Positions 38,401 through 48,128 of a DNA stretch of 64,000 nucleotides are shown here, one piece after another. How positions within the stretch are numbered: the stretch's first letter is position 1; every line of letters starts with the position of its first letter. Below the pieces are notes generated by a model. That model had not been told where the DNA came from and made no database searches. It saw only the letters and a list, made by a program, of their open reading frames with translations. The DNA lies in the NCBI GenBank assembly GCA_038840695.1, contig JAWBVE010000002.1:28170-92169 (forward strand), given 5' to 3'. Made by a program: the position numbers and the translations under genes. The stretch is from Candidatus Pacearchaeota archaeon (GTDB lineage: Archaea; Nanobdellota; Nanobdellia; Pacearchaeales; JAPDKA01).

Positions 38401-39204
38401 AGCAATACGCAAGCCATTCTTGCTAGTCCTTTTTTACATGCAGCTGTTAGACGCGATTGTGATGGTGATGAGGCTGGCTTTATGTTATTGCTGGATGCCC
38501 TCTTAAATTTTTCTTTTAGTTATTTACCATCCCATCGCGGCTCTACACAGGATGTTCCAATAATAATAAACTCAACAATAAAACAAAATGAAGTTGATGA
38601 TATGGTCTTTGATATGGAAAGCACTTATCTTTTCCCGAGTCAATTTTATCACGCCACTTTAAGCTATAGTAGTCCTGAAAAAGTTAAAATCCCGCAGGTA
38701 AAGGATAAGCTCTCTCGTAAGGAGTCTTTTATAATTCCTTTCACTCATCCTACAAGTAGCATTGATATTGGCAATAAATGCTCAGCCTATAAAACTCTCT
38801 CAACTATGGAAGAAAAAGTGCAAAAGCAGATGGAAGTTGGAGAGAAAATAAGAGCTGTCGACGAGAGTGATCTTGCAACACTCATAATCACAAGACATTT
38901 TATTCGCGACATACGAGGCAATTTAAGAAAATTTTCTTCTCAGCAATTTAGATGTTCAAAATGTAATGAAAAATATAGAAGGCCTCCTCTTGCAGGAAAG
39001 TGCCTAAAGTGTAGCGGCCCAATTATTTTTACAATAGCCGAAGGCACAATTAGAAAATATCTTGAACCAGCAATTTCTTTAGCCAAAAAATATAATATAG
39101 CCCCTTATGTCAAGCAAAGTCTCGAGCTAATTGAGTCGAGCATTGATAGCATTTTTGGCAAGGAGCAAAGCAAACAAGAAAGCCTGCAAAAGTGGTTTAA
39201 ATAA
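35473..39204 (+). CDS. polC: DNA polymerase D large subunit DP2
   Basis: FAGPIRSAGGT, GGFRLRYGR, GARMGRPEKA, RRDCDGDE catalytic motif and Zn fingers; no intein evident. Confidence 0.97.
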   Translation: MAIYLAKMKKIEEQFQSYFQSIREKTEIAYAIANEARKQGKDPMKKVEIPLTGDLAERACGLVSILHPQLKDEKIEKRIRELEAQYGFLELGTALKIAEEIAKQKHCRFSSHLEALEAAIRLGIAYLTLGVVSSPIEGFIKLEIKKTKSNQDYLAAYFAGPIRSAGGTTAALSVIIIDYLRQLFGYASYDATEQEIKRAITEIYDYHERVTNLQYLPSETEIATIIAGLPVQVDGEPSEEIEVSNYKDLERIGTNRIRSGFCLVIAEGIAAKAMKLIKKISKVREQGIKLDGWDFLAKLQRKKLKQEKHEKQEKQAREEQAKQEEKQEVEEKIAPSFTYIEDIVAGRPIFSYPSRPGGFRLRYGRTRTSGYSAMAINPALMFCIEDFLAIGTQLRTERPGKSCSLATSDVLEGPIVKLKDGSVIKINDVETALKYKDKIEQIIYLGDLLVSYGDFFNRNHPLMPSGYVEEWWWSELKEKLEEIINKEKKLEEIKKAQELLQIEKYFGYFNISFKQAVELSLQYKVPLYPKFIFFWSQIDLKKLNELLKWISSSHFTQELNFVLPYLKSRREELQEAKQALELLGVEHFVGIESIVIKEIEAKAFLLNLGLLRARELEKLGRETSEETEETKGNGKINMIEEVNKLIKERAKETVKILAEMLAEKSKPSAKEVLKIINKFSEFEIRDKAGTWIGARMGRPEKAKPRVLTGQPNVLFPVGEEGGRLRSFESAIEKKFIKAEFSVFYCPKCKSETIYFICENCGSETEQRYWCNECNKSYQSNVCSAHGLLKPYRKWKIDINHYLEKAIEMLGLSKQELPAIMKGVRGTSSESHVPEHLAKGLLRAIYNLNVNKDGTIRYDATELPLTQFRPREIGTSVEKLRELGYSTDIYGNELVNDDQLVDIMPQDIILPASSQSLDEPADQFLMRVSKFIDALLVKFYKLKPFYNVEKREDLIGHLVVFIAPHNAAGTVARIIGFSNTQAILASPFLHAAVRRDCDGDEAGFMLLLDALLNFSFSYLPSHRGSTQDVPIIINSTIKQNEVDDMVFDMESTYLFPSQFYHATLSYSSPEKVKIPQVKDKLSRKESFIIPFTHPTSSIDIGNKCSAYKTLSTMEEKVQKQMEVGEKIRAVDESDLATLIITRHFIRDIRGNLRKFSSQQFRCSKCNEKYRRPPLAGKCLKCSGPIIFTIAEGTIRKYLEPAISLAKKYNIAPYVKQSLELIESSIDSIFGKEQSKQESLQKWFK

Positions 39205-39295
39205 AACTCGATGAAACTCGTCTTCCCTCTTCTTTCCAAGCGAAAAGTTTTTAAATAGTTGTTACTTTTAAATAGTATCCTTATTTTTTATTAAA

Positions 39296-40423
39296 ATGGG
39301 AGAAAAAATATTCAAAAAAATTGGCAAATATCTTGTACCTTATTTAGTTGCCTCTATGATTAATGGCGCCATTGTTAGCGATACTTATGCAAAACGAGCA
39401 AAAAACACAAAATTTGCAGAACAAGTGATGAAGGAAGCTAACACTTGGTACAACTTAAATCAAGATTATGTAGAGAAGTATCGTCTAAACTCATTTTTTC
39501 CAGCCTTTAGAAGAATGGAGGAATATCGTTCTTACATAGAGCGTGCAGCAAAGGAAAGTGGTTTAGATAAGTGCATATTGATGGGGCTAATAGCTGTTGA
39601 GTCTCAAGGAATATTACGTGCAAATTCATATGCTAAAGCTGGGGGGCCTATGCAATTGTTAGTAGGTTTTGCAAGAAAGCTCCGTATACCAATGACTAAA
39701 TGGGAAGACCGTAGGTATAGTGTAGATTCAATACCCCCAGCAGCAAAAAAGTTAGCAGAGCTTATTGAGGAATATGGCTTAGTTGACGCATTAATAGCTT
39801 ATAATGCCGGGGAAGATGATGCACAAGAAGTTGATAATATTGAAAAATGGAAACACAAGCGAAAATATATCCCTCGCCAAACAAAGGATTATGTTCCGAA
39901 AGTTATGGCAGCTATAAAAGCATGCAGGATTTATGAAGAGCAACGCAACAATAGCATAGTAAAAGTAAAGCCAGGAGATAATTTATTAAAAATTGTGGAA
40001 GAATGTGAAGAGAGAGGATTCGACGTGAATTTGCGTAAAATAAAGCAAATAAATCATATAGACAATCAAAACAAAATCTATGTTGGCCAGACAATTTATT
40101 GCAGTGGTGAATATAATAAAGACATATATGCTAATGCAAGAAATTATCGTGTTGCACGGGGTGACAATCTAGAAACGATAGCAAGGAAATTTGGAGTAAG
40201 TACTTATGATATAGTGAAGTTAAATCCACAGGTGATAGATTGGTCAATGCTTAAGCCAGGAATGGTTCTGAGAGTTCCAAAACAAAGAATCCAGGAGGCA
40301 AGTCAAATAAGGAATAAGCCAAGCACCAAAACAATCAAAAAATCAGCGCTAAATCAAAACCAACCCAAAAAAATCAAAACGCCACCTAGGCAAAGGCGCA
40401 GCGCGGCCTACTACAGAAGATAA
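39296..40423 (+). CDS. Lytic transglycosylase (SLT) with two LysM domains, MltD-like
   Basis: IAVES (catalytic Glu), AGGPMQL, AYNAG and TKDYVPK motifs; LysM VKPGDNL...IYVGQTI and YRVARGDNL...LKPGMVLRVP; N-terminal hydrophobic signal. Confidence 0.9.
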   Translation: MGEKIFKKIGKYLVPYLVASMINGAIVSDTYAKRAKNTKFAEQVMKEANTWYNLNQDYVEKYRLNSFFPAFRRMEEYRSYIERAAKESGLDKCILMGLIAVESQGILRANSYAKAGGPMQLLVGFARKLRIPMTKWEDRRYSVDSIPPAAKKLAELIEEYGLVDALIAYNAGEDDAQEVDNIEKWKHKRKYIPRQTKDYVPKVMAAIKACRIYEEQRNNSIVKVKPGDNLLKIVEECEERGFDVNLRKIKQINHIDNQNKIYVGQTIYCSGEYNKDIYANARNYRVARGDNLETIARKFGVSTYDIVKLNPQVIDWSMLKPGMVLRVPKQRIQEASQIRNKPSTKTIKKSALNQNQPKKIKTPPRQRRSAAYYRR

Positions 40424-41607
40424 TAGCCAAGCACAGGAAGCACTAGGCAGCCCATTAAATGTATTCTTCTGATCTCTTTAATGTTTGGTATTAAACCTAT
40501 AGCAAACGCTGTGGCAAGTACAAAAAGGCTGAACAAGCCAGAAATAGCTATGTTCATTGCCAAGACAAAACTAATTACGAAGAAGCATAGGAGAGAATAG
40601 TTTATTTTTGTTATGTATTTTGAGAAGAGCTTTGTTAATGCTAAGCAAAGAGGAACGCAAAGGCAACAAACAATTAATGAAACTGCAATCAGTAGCACTA
40701 AATCATTTAAGCTTATTTCTTTTAGGATTTGCTGGATTGCTACTCCCACACCACTTCTTGGCTTTGATATGAGTGTTGCTGTAACAAAACTAAAGAGCAT
40801 CACAATTGTATTAATACTGCCGACAAGAATAAGAAATTCTTTTGTATTTAGTCTGCCGAGCAAATCAGAGCCTATGATAGCTGCTTGGCCGGGTCCGACG
40901 GCTGGATAAAAAGAGACAAAGCTACTAGCAATGAGGCCTGCAGCTAAAGGCCTTACCTTTTCTCTAAACTTCAAAGGAATTTCTCTTGTATGTTGTGCTC
41001 GTAGTTTTACTTTATTTTTTATACTCAAAAATAAAAGTGGTAAACCAAAAAGACCAGAAAAAAGAGGTAAGAGGGGCTGGGAAATCACTTTGAGATTGAA
41101 TGTAAGAATGCCAAGTGAGCCAGACAATAAAAAGACAAGCAATGCTAAAAATATTTGCCTTTCTTTTAAAATTAATAAAGTGGAAAAAGCAAGAAGCACA
41201 AAAGGAACAGAAATCTTAATGCTAGGCCATGCAAGCGGAATAAGCAAAAACATTAAAGGCAAGAGTGCTAATGCAAGAAAAAAGCCATAGAAAGAGCCAA
41301 TAAGCGTTAGCTTTACTGCATAAAAGCCATAGCCTTTAAGCAGCAATCTATGACCTGGAAGCATTCCTAACGCACTATCATCATTTGGCGCGCCGAGAAA
41401 AATGCTTGGGATAAAATCAAGGAATGTATGAGTTATTGCCATTGCAGCAAGAAAGCAAGCAACTAGGAGAGGATTCTTTACACTTATGCTCATTGCAAGA
41501 GCAGCTATGAGATTTATATGTAAGCCAGGAATTAGTCCAGTAAAAATTCCTGCAAGAATGCCAAGAAAAGTGGCAAGCAGCAAAGTTAAAAATGAGCTTA
41601 GTAGCAT
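40411..41607 (-). CDS. TctA-family tripartite tricarboxylate transporter permease
   Basis: GIFTGLIPGLHIN, FIPSIFLGAP, LPGH and SGLFG motifs. Confidence 0.88.
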   Translation of the reverse strand: MLLSSFLTLLLATFLGILAGIFTGLIPGLHINLIAALAMSISVKNPLLVACFLAAMAITHTFLDFIPSIFLGAPNDDSALGMLPGHRLLLKGYGFYAVKLTLIGSFYGFFLALALLPLMFLLIPLAWPSIKISVPFVLLAFSTLLILKERQIFLALLVFLLSGSLGILTFNLKVISQPLLPLFSGLFGLPLLFLSIKNKVKLRAQHTREIPLKFREKVRPLAAGLIASSFVSFYPAVGPGQAAIIGSDLLGRLNTKEFLILVGSINTIVMLFSFVTATLISKPRSGVGVAIQQILKEISLNDLVLLIAVSLIVCCLCVPLCLALTKLFSKYITKINYSLLCFFVISFVLAMNIAISGLFSLFVLATAFAIGLIPNIKEIRRIHLMGCLVLPVLGYYLL

Positions 41608-41621
41608 GTTGAGCTTACTAA

Positions 41622-41954
41622 CTAAGCCAAGACTTTTTCAGCCTGAATTTCTTTTTTTCCTTTATAAAGCTTTATTTTTCCTAAAACTTCAATGCTTTGA
41701 TTTTCTCTTAAGCCAAGCTTCTCAAGCCTTTCATTTACAACCACGTTAATACACTCACTGCCATCACAAAGCTCAAACAAAGTAAGCTCATCATAGCCTT
41801 TTATCCAAGCTATCTTGCCCCTAACATCAACCCAATCATCTATACCCTTGCTTAGGGCTTCTCTGATGGAAATCCTTTCTGGATTTAAGCTATTACTTAA
41901 CAAAAAAAGCACAACAAGCCCTGCAAAAGCTCCAATTAGTGCTGCCTTTAGCAT
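41622..41954 (-). CDS. Membrane-anchored OB-fold protein
   Basis: N-terminal TM helix; V.GKI...DGS..I.VV...IEV.GKI..YKGK.EI.A pattern. Confidence 0.75.
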   Translation of the reverse strand: MLKAALIGAFAGLVVLFLLSNSLNPERISIREALSKGIDDWVDVRGKIAWIKGYDELTLFELCDGSECINVVVNERLEKLGLRENQSIEVLGKIKLYKGKKEIQAEKVLA

Positions 41955-42715
41955 AGTGGCAATTTGAAAAATTTAATTGCATTTTCATCTGTTGCTCTTT
42001 CGATTTCTTCAATGTTCAATTTTTTTATTTTTGCTATTTCTTCTGCGACAAGAAAAACATTTGTTGGCAGGCCAAAAGCCTGGCCCTGCTGTGCAAACCA
42101 TGGCGAGTCTGTCTCGAGCAAAATTTTGTTTAGCGGCATATCTCGAGCTATTTTCTTTATATCTTTAGATCTTGCTATTCCTGGCCCTATCGAAATCCAC
42201 CAGCCATTTTCTATGACCCTCTTTAGTAGCTTTCTTTCTGAGAAAAGATGTAGAAGAACAGCCCTATTTGACATTTGTTCTTGCTCAAGTAGATTTATTA
42301 CTTCCTCACTTGCATTCCTTGAATGAATAACAAGCGGCTTGTCAAGCTCTCTTGCCAATACAATAAATTTTCTAAAAAGCCAGGCTTGCTTTTCTCTTAG
42401 CTCAGTCTCTTTTATCCAATAAAAATCAAGGCCAGTCTCGCCAATAGCAGCAATCGAATCTCTATTAACTTTAATTTTTTCTATGAAGCTTTCTATTTCA
42501 CTAGGACTTAGTTCTTTGATATACTCTGGATGTATGGCGGCAGAACAAAAAACAAAACCTGGCCAGCTCTTAGTTAGCTTTAAACTAAGTTCAAAATCGC
42601 GAGGATGTGAACAGCAAGTTATGACAGCTTTTAACTTGCTTTGTAACTCTTTTATTATCTCATCTCTACTTTGATCAAATTCTGGCTGCTCAAGATGGCA
42701 ATGACAATCTATCAT
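41948..42715 (-). CDS. tatD: TatD-family hydrolase/nuclease
   Basis: DCHCHL, IHP, IGETGLD, IHSR and ETDSP motifs. Confidence 0.93.
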   Translation of the reverse strand: MIDCHCHLEQPEFDQSRDEIIKELQSKLKAVITCCSHPRDFELSLKLTKSWPGFVFCSAAIHPEYIKELSPSEIESFIEKIKVNRDSIAAIGETGLDFYWIKETELREKQAWLFRKFIVLARELDKPLVIHSRNASEEVINLLEQEQMSNRAVLLHLFSERKLLKRVIENGWWISIGPGIARSKDIKKIARDMPLNKILLETDSPWFAQQGQAFGLPTNVFLVAEEIAKIKKLNIEEIERATDENAIKFFKLPLC

Positions 42716-42836
42716 TTCAAGGAAAAAGCAGAAAAATTTAATAATTTAATTGTGTTTTAACAAAAATGAAAAAACGAACAAAAACAAAAGCAAAACAAAA
42801 AATCAAAGGAACTGATGAAAGAATGATGAAAGAAAA

Positions 42837-43244
42837 ATGATGAAAGAAATATTTATGCTTTGCCTTATTATTTTATCAATTCTTTATGCAAGTTTTTTTC
42901 TAAAGCGAGAATGCAGAGAAGAGATTAAAAATTTTAAGAAAAAAATAAATGCAAAGAAATTAATGATTGTCATTCAAATTTTATTTTTTTTGTTTGGCGC
43001 GACAATATTAATTTTTAATGTAAAATTTTTTTGGCTTATTGCTTTTCTCCTTCTTTCTGTTATAGGAGAATTTTTTAATAGCTACCAGAGTTACTCAAGT
43101 TACTCGAGCTCGAGCTTAAGTTATTTAAAATTTTCTTTCTTACTCTTTTCTTTTCTTGCGCTATTTTTTTTATCTCAAAGTCTAAAGCCAATTTTGACTT
43201 TGATTACAATAATTTTTAATTTAATTTATTTTTCACTTTCTTAA
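42837..43244 (+). CDS. Hypothetical membrane protein
   Basis: 135 aa, very hydrophobic, low complexity. Confidence 0.45.
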   Translation: MMKEIFMLCLIILSILYASFFLKRECREEIKNFKKKINAKKLMIVIQILFFLFGATILIFNVKFFWLIAFLLLSVIGEFFNSYQSYSSYSSSSLSYLKFSFLLFSFLALFFLSQSLKPILTLITIIFNLIYFSLS

Positions 43245-43312
43245 ATTAAACCTTCTCAAAATCAAAACTCAAACTTTCAAAACCTCTCAATTAATTTAGT
43301 CTGAGCTAAATC

Positions 43313-44929
43313 CTAAATCCTTTCAAGCCCATGTAAGCCTAAAATTTTGAAGCAGCTTTTGATTATTTCAATGCTGAGCAGAAGTAGTGCAATCCTTCTT
43401 GTTTTCTCATCTTTTTTAGCTTTTATTATTGAGCAATTTTCATAGAAATCGTTAAAAGTCCTACAAAGAGAATAGAGATAATGTGCAATTAATACAATGT
43501 TAAGGCCTTCTTTTGCCTTCTCTAAAGTGAAAGGAAATGCAAAGAGTGCATGAAGAAGTCGTGCTTCTTTTTCTTCTAAGCTATCCAGTTTTATTTTTTT
43601 TGGCTTTTTTTTCAGCTTCAATTTTTTTAAAATAGAAAGAGCTCTTGCAAGAGTATAGTTAAGATATACAGCCGTATCTCCTTCTAGCTTTATTGCTCTT
43701 GCTATATCAAAAAGAACATTCTTGTTATAGTCTATTCTCGCTATTGTGTAGCGAATTATGTTTGATGCAAGCATTTCAATTTGCTTCTTGCTTAATCTTG
43801 CTTTCCTTTTTTCGCTTTCTTCTTTCAGCTTTTTAGTTAATTCATTAAAAAACTCATCAAGCAAAATGAGAGTGCCAGCACGAGTTGACATTTTTGAAAT
43901 TCCTTCAGCACTTTGAAGCAGCACCATACTGTAATGAATTGCTCTAGGAGGCTCGTAGCCAAGCTTTCTTAAAATAAAACTTAGCTCACTAAAGTAAAGT
44001 TTTTGATCCTCGCCAAGAACAATTATATTCTTACTTGCTCTAGAAATTTTCCAGATAGTGTAAGCTAGATCTCTCGTTAAGTAAAGAGTAGTGCCATTTG
44101 GCCTTGTCAATGCAACAAAAGGCTCTTTCATTCCTTTTTCCAAGCCACTCCCTCTCAAATCAAAAACAATTTTTCCTTCGCTATCTTTCATACCCAGTCC
44201 TTTCTTATAAATTTCATCAACCAATTGCTTTGCCCTGTTTAGAAAATCAGACTCATAGTCAAAGTAATCAAAGGTTACACCAATTTTTTCTAAAATTGCT
44301 TTTTGGCCAGTCACAGCATTTTTAACAATCTTTTTTATTTTTTTCAAAACTTGCCAATTTCCAGCCTCGATTTTTTCCAGTATTTTAAAAACTTCTTTTT
44401 CAAATTCCTTATCTTTTTCTATTTTCTCAGCAGCCATTTGATAAATCTTGAGCAAGTCAGCAAATTTTTCATTGCCTTTACAAAGCAAAGCAAGCATTGC
44501 TATCTGTTTTCCTATGTCATTTACATAATAGTGCCTCTCAACATCATAGCCACAAAATGTTAAGAGCCTCGCTAAACAATCTCCAATTATTGCATTTCTT
44601 GCTCTGCCAATATGAGGACTTGCGTTCGGGTTTATGCTGGTATGCTCTATTAGAATTTTTTCTTTCTTTTCTTTTCCTTTATCGCCTTTTCCCTTTATGT
44701 TTTCCTCTATAAACTTTAGTTTTTGATCATTTTTTATAGTTAAGTTAACAAAACCTCCTACTTCCTCTATTTTTTCAATGCCCTCTATTTTTCTTAACTT
44801 CTCCTTTAATTTTTCAATCTTTTCTTTATCCAGCCTGAATATAGGAATTGACAAATCACCAAATTCAAAGGCAGGAACTTCGAGGCTAAGGCCGAATGAA
44901 TTAACTATCCCGACTATCTGCTTTAGCAT
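43313..44929 (-). CDS. argS: Arginyl-tRNA synthetase
   Basis: EHTSINPN..PHIG..RNA, Y.TRDLAY, KMSTR.G and DALR-type C-terminus. Confidence 0.95.
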   Translation of the reverse strand: MLKQIVGIVNSFGLSLEVPAFEFGDLSIPIFRLDKEKIEKLKEKLRKIEGIEKIEEVGGFVNLTIKNDQKLKFIEENIKGKGDKGKEKKEKILIEHTSINPNASPHIGRARNAIIGDCLARLLTFCGYDVERHYYVNDIGKQIAMLALLCKGNEKFADLLKIYQMAAEKIEKDKEFEKEVFKILEKIEAGNWQVLKKIKKIVKNAVTGQKAILEKIGVTFDYFDYESDFLNRAKQLVDEIYKKGLGMKDSEGKIVFDLRGSGLEKGMKEPFVALTRPNGTTLYLTRDLAYTIWKISRASKNIIVLGEDQKLYFSELSFILRKLGYEPPRAIHYSMVLLQSAEGISKMSTRAGTLILLDEFFNELTKKLKEESEKRKARLSKKQIEMLASNIIRYTIARIDYNKNVLFDIARAIKLEGDTAVYLNYTLARALSILKKLKLKKKPKKIKLDSLEEKEARLLHALFAFPFTLEKAKEGLNIVLIAHYLYSLCRTFNDFYENCSIIKAKKDEKTRRIALLLLSIEIIKSCFKILGLHGLERI

Positions 44930-45009
44930 TAAAAATAAAATTTAAATGCTTTAAAATGTTTTTTGGCATTTTAGGGATAAATTTTAATAACTAGAAGTTT
45001 AGTATTTTT

Positions 45010-46851
45010 ATGTGCGGTATAATTGGATATATAGGAAATAAGCAAGCCCTGCCTATTTTGCTTGAAGGGCTAAGAAGAGAAATTTATAGAGGGTATGACT
45101 CGTGCGGGCTTGTAGTTTTTGATGGCAAGCAAGTAAGTTGCATAAAAGCTGTTGGCGATATTATAAATTTAGAAAAAAAAGTCGATGAGGAGAATAAAAA
45201 TAAAAAAATAAAAGGAAATGTTGGTCTTGGCCATTGCAGATGGGCAACTCATGGCGGAGTTACAGAAATTAATGCGCATCCACATTTTGATTGTAAAAAA
45301 GAAATCTATGTTGTTCATAATGGTATAATAGAAAATTATGCTCAGTTAAAAGAAAAGTTAATTGCTGCAGGGCATAAGTTTGTTAGCGAGACAGATACAG
45401 AGGTTATAGCGCATTTGATAGAAAGTTATTTTGATAATTCTGATAAAAGCTTAGAGGATAGTGTTAGAAAAGCACTGAGAGAGATCAAGGGCACGTATGG
45501 CTTAGCAGTAATCTCGACTAGAGAGCCGGCTAAGATGGTTGTTGCTCGACTTTCTTCTCCTTTAATGCTCGGTATTGGTCAAAATGAAATTGTTGTGGCA
45601 TCAGATCCAGCAGCAATTCTAACTTGCACAAGGCAAGTAATAAACTTGGATGATAATGAGATAGGCGTAATAATAAGGAATAGAGATGGCAGCATTGATT
45701 TTAGCATACTTAAAGAAAAGAAGATTGAAACACTTGATTTGAGCCTTGAGTCCATAGAAAAAGGACATTTTGAGCATTTTATGTTGAAAGAAATTTTTGA
45801 AGAGCCAGAGGCTATTGAAAATGCGATTCGTGGGAGAATTATTGTTGATGAGGGCAATGTTAAGCTTGGAGGCCTCGACTCTGTGCAAGATAAGTTAAGA
45901 GAAATTGACAGCTTTATCTTAGTTGCGTGTGGCACTTCATTTTTTGCTGCTAAGCTTGCTGAGCTTATTTTTACAGAGTTTGGAATAAATGCGAGAGCAG
46001 AGCTTGCATCAGAGCTACGCTATAAAAGCATTCCTTACAGCAAGAGCACTGCAGCTATTTTTATTTCACAGTCTGGCGAGACAGCAGATGTGCTTGCTTG
46101 TTTGCGCGAATTTAAGAAGAAAGGTATATTAACACTTGGTATTACAAATGTGGTTGGCTCAAGCCAGGCAAGAGAAACAGATGCAGGAATTTATATAAGG
46201 GCTGGTCCAGAAATTGCAGTAGCTTCTACTAAAGCATTCATAGGACAAGTTGTCGTTTTATTGTTACTTGGCCTTTATCTTGCTAGATCTCGAGGAATGG
46301 ATATAATTAAGGGAAGAGAAATCCTCACAGAGCTTTTAAAAATTCCAAATTTGGCAAGACAGGTTTTAAGTCAAGCAGAAAAAATAAAAAAGCTTGCTAA
46401 AAAATATAAGAAATTTAAAAACTTCTGGTTTATTGGAAGAAAATATAGCTTACCGATAGCTTTAGAGGGAGCGTTAAAGTTAAAAGAAATCTCCTATTTG
46501 CATGCAGAAGGCATTGCGGGCGGCGAACTTAAGCATGGCTCTCTGGCTTTAATTAATCAAGATTTTCCAACAATCGCCATAGCACCTTACGATTCAGTCT
46601 ATGATAAAATTCTCGCCAATATAGAAGAAATAAAAGCAAGGCATGGACCTATAATCGCGATAGCCACTGAAGGTAATGAAGAAATTAAGAAAATCGTGGA
46701 TGATGTGATATACATTCCAAAAACGCTAGAGCTATTAACTCCTATTCTTGCAGTTATACCATTGCATTTATTTGCTTATTATATGGCTAGAGAGCTTGGC
46801 AAAAACGTCGATAAGCCGCGAAATCTTGCGAAGTCGGTTACCGTTGAATAA
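45010..46851 (+). CDS. glmS: Glutamine-fructose-6-phosphate aminotransferase
   Basis: MCGIIG, RWATHG, SQSGETAD, VASTK, ELKHG and PRNLAKSVTVE motifs. Confidence 0.97.
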   Translation: MCGIIGYIGNKQALPILLEGLRREIYRGYDSCGLVVFDGKQVSCIKAVGDIINLEKKVDEENKNKKIKGNVGLGHCRWATHGGVTEINAHPHFDCKKEIYVVHNGIIENYAQLKEKLIAAGHKFVSETDTEVIAHLIESYFDNSDKSLEDSVRKALREIKGTYGLAVISTREPAKMVVARLSSPLMLGIGQNEIVVASDPAAILTCTRQVINLDDNEIGVIIRNRDGSIDFSILKEKKIETLDLSLESIEKGHFEHFMLKEIFEEPEAIENAIRGRIIVDEGNVKLGGLDSVQDKLREIDSFILVACGTSFFAAKLAELIFTEFGINARAELASELRYKSIPYSKSTAAIFISQSGETADVLACLREFKKKGILTLGITNVVGSSQARETDAGIYIRAGPEIAVASTKAFIGQVVVLLLLGLYLARSRGMDIIKGREILTELLKIPNLARQVLSQAEKIKKLAKKYKKFKNFWFIGRKYSLPIALEGALKLKEISYLHAEGIAGGELKHGSLALINQDFPTIAIAPYDSVYDKILANIEEIKARHGPIIAIATEGNEEIKKIVDDVIYIPKTLELLTPILAVIPLHLFAYYMARELGKNVDKPRNLAKSVTVE

Positions 46852-46853
46852 AA

Positions 46854-47234
46854 ATGAAAGTAACGAAAGAGCGCAAAAAATTAATTTTTGATACAAATTG
46901 GCTTGTTTACTGTGCAAAAGAAAAAAATTTTGAAAGAGTTGATTGGCTCCTGCATTTATATGAATGCTATATTTTAAAAAAAACCTTTGATGAAATGAAA
47001 AGCATTCATAGCTGGTATAAAAAGAGGATTGAATTAATGATAGACTATTTAGAACAAAAGATAAAGAAGCACGAGCTCCTATTAATTAAAAGTGAAAGAG
47101 ATGTTGATAGCTCAATACTTGCCCTCGTCAAAAAAAAGTTTGCAGACGCTGTTGCAACCTTCGATTCAGAGCTAATAGAAAAAATAAAAGCTGTTAATCC
47201 AAAAATAGAAATTATTGAGAAAATAAAAGTTTAG
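46854..47234 (+). CDS. PIN-domain protein (Fcf1/Utp24-like)
   Basis: FDTN, DE, VD..I and AT.D..L motifs; usual position upstream of rpoE. Confidence 0.75.
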   Translation: MKVTKERKKLIFDTNWLVYCAKEKNFERVDWLLHLYECYILKKTFDEMKSIHSWYKKRIELMIDYLEQKIKKHELLLIKSERDVDSSILALVKKKFADAVATFDSELIEKIKAVNPKIEIIEKIKV

Positions 47235-47278
47235 TCTAAGCCAAAAAAATTTAAAAAAGGTATTTTTCTTAAAATAAA

Positions 47279-47890
47279 ATGTTCTATATAATTGATGTCG
47301 ATGATTATGTAAGGGTAGCTCCGGAAAATTTTGGTTTGCCAGTAAAAGAGGCAGTACTCAAAGAGTTGGAAAAGGCATATAAAGATTGGATTGATGAAGA
47401 GATAGGAACAGTGATAAAGGTAATCGATGTAACAAGAATAGGAGAGGGAATAATCATTCCTGAGGATGGAGCTATTTACTATGATACTAGTTTTAAGTTA
47501 CTTGTTTTTAAACCAATTCTTAATGAACTTGTCTATGGCAAGATAGAACAAATAACTAACTTTGGCGCATTTATGAGCTTAGGCCCACAGAGCGGGCTAT
47601 TACATATAAGCCAGGCAATGGATGATCAAGTTAGTTTTAGCAAAGCTAATAGCTTACTTGGAAGAAATACTAAAAAAAGTTTAAGGAAAGGCGATTTGTG
47701 CTTAGCAAGAATTGTTGCGATAAGTTATAAAGCAATGCCACCAAAAATAGGCCTAACAATGCGCCAGCCAGGACTTGGAAAACTTGAGTGGATTGAAAAG
47801 GAGAGAAAAGAAAGAAAAACAGAAGCAAAAGCTGAAGTAAAGAAAGGAGAAAAAGAAAAAAAAGAGAAGGAAAAAGAAAAAAAGAAATAA
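47279..47890 (+). CDS. rpoE1: RNA polymerase subunit E' (Rpo7)
   Basis: FGAF..LGP..GLLHISQ and IGLTMRQPGLGK.EWI motifs. Confidence 0.95.
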   Translation: MFYIIDVDDYVRVAPENFGLPVKEAVLKELEKAYKDWIDEEIGTVIKVIDVTRIGEGIIIPEDGAIYYDTSFKLLVFKPILNELVYGKIEQITNFGAFMSLGPQSGLLHISQAMDDQVSFSKANSLLGRNTKKSLRKGDLCLARIVAISYKAMPPKIGLTMRQPGLGKLEWIEKERKERKTEAKAEVKKGEKEKKEKEKEKKK

Positions 47891-47927
47891 AAGAGAAAAT
47901 TAAAATAAAACAAAACGAAAATAAAAA

Positions 47928-48110
47928 ATGAAAAAGGGCTGTAAAAAATGTAAGCAGGTTTTTGAAAATCTAGAGGTATGCCCAGAATGTGGTGAAAAAT
48001 TAACGCAATCATGGAAAGGTTTGCTTATTGTTGTTGATCCAGAACAATCAGAAATAGCAAAGAAGCTAAACATAAAAAAAGAGGGCAAATATGCAATTTT
48101 AATTAGATAA
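47928..48110 (+). CDS. spt4: Transcription elongation factor Spt4 (RpoE'')
   Basis: CKKC...CPECG...W.G...DPE.SEIAK.L.I...G.YA. Confidence 0.93.
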   Translation: MKKGCKKCKQVFENLEVCPECGEKLTQSWKGLLIVVDPEQSEIAKKLNIKKEGKYAILIR

Positions 48111-48128
48111 AATAGTTGATTAGATGAA

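Noticed and set aside
35473-39204. Intein in PolD DP2
   Set aside because: No intein splice-junction or LAGLIDADG motifs; the extra length comes from K/E/Q-rich insertions.
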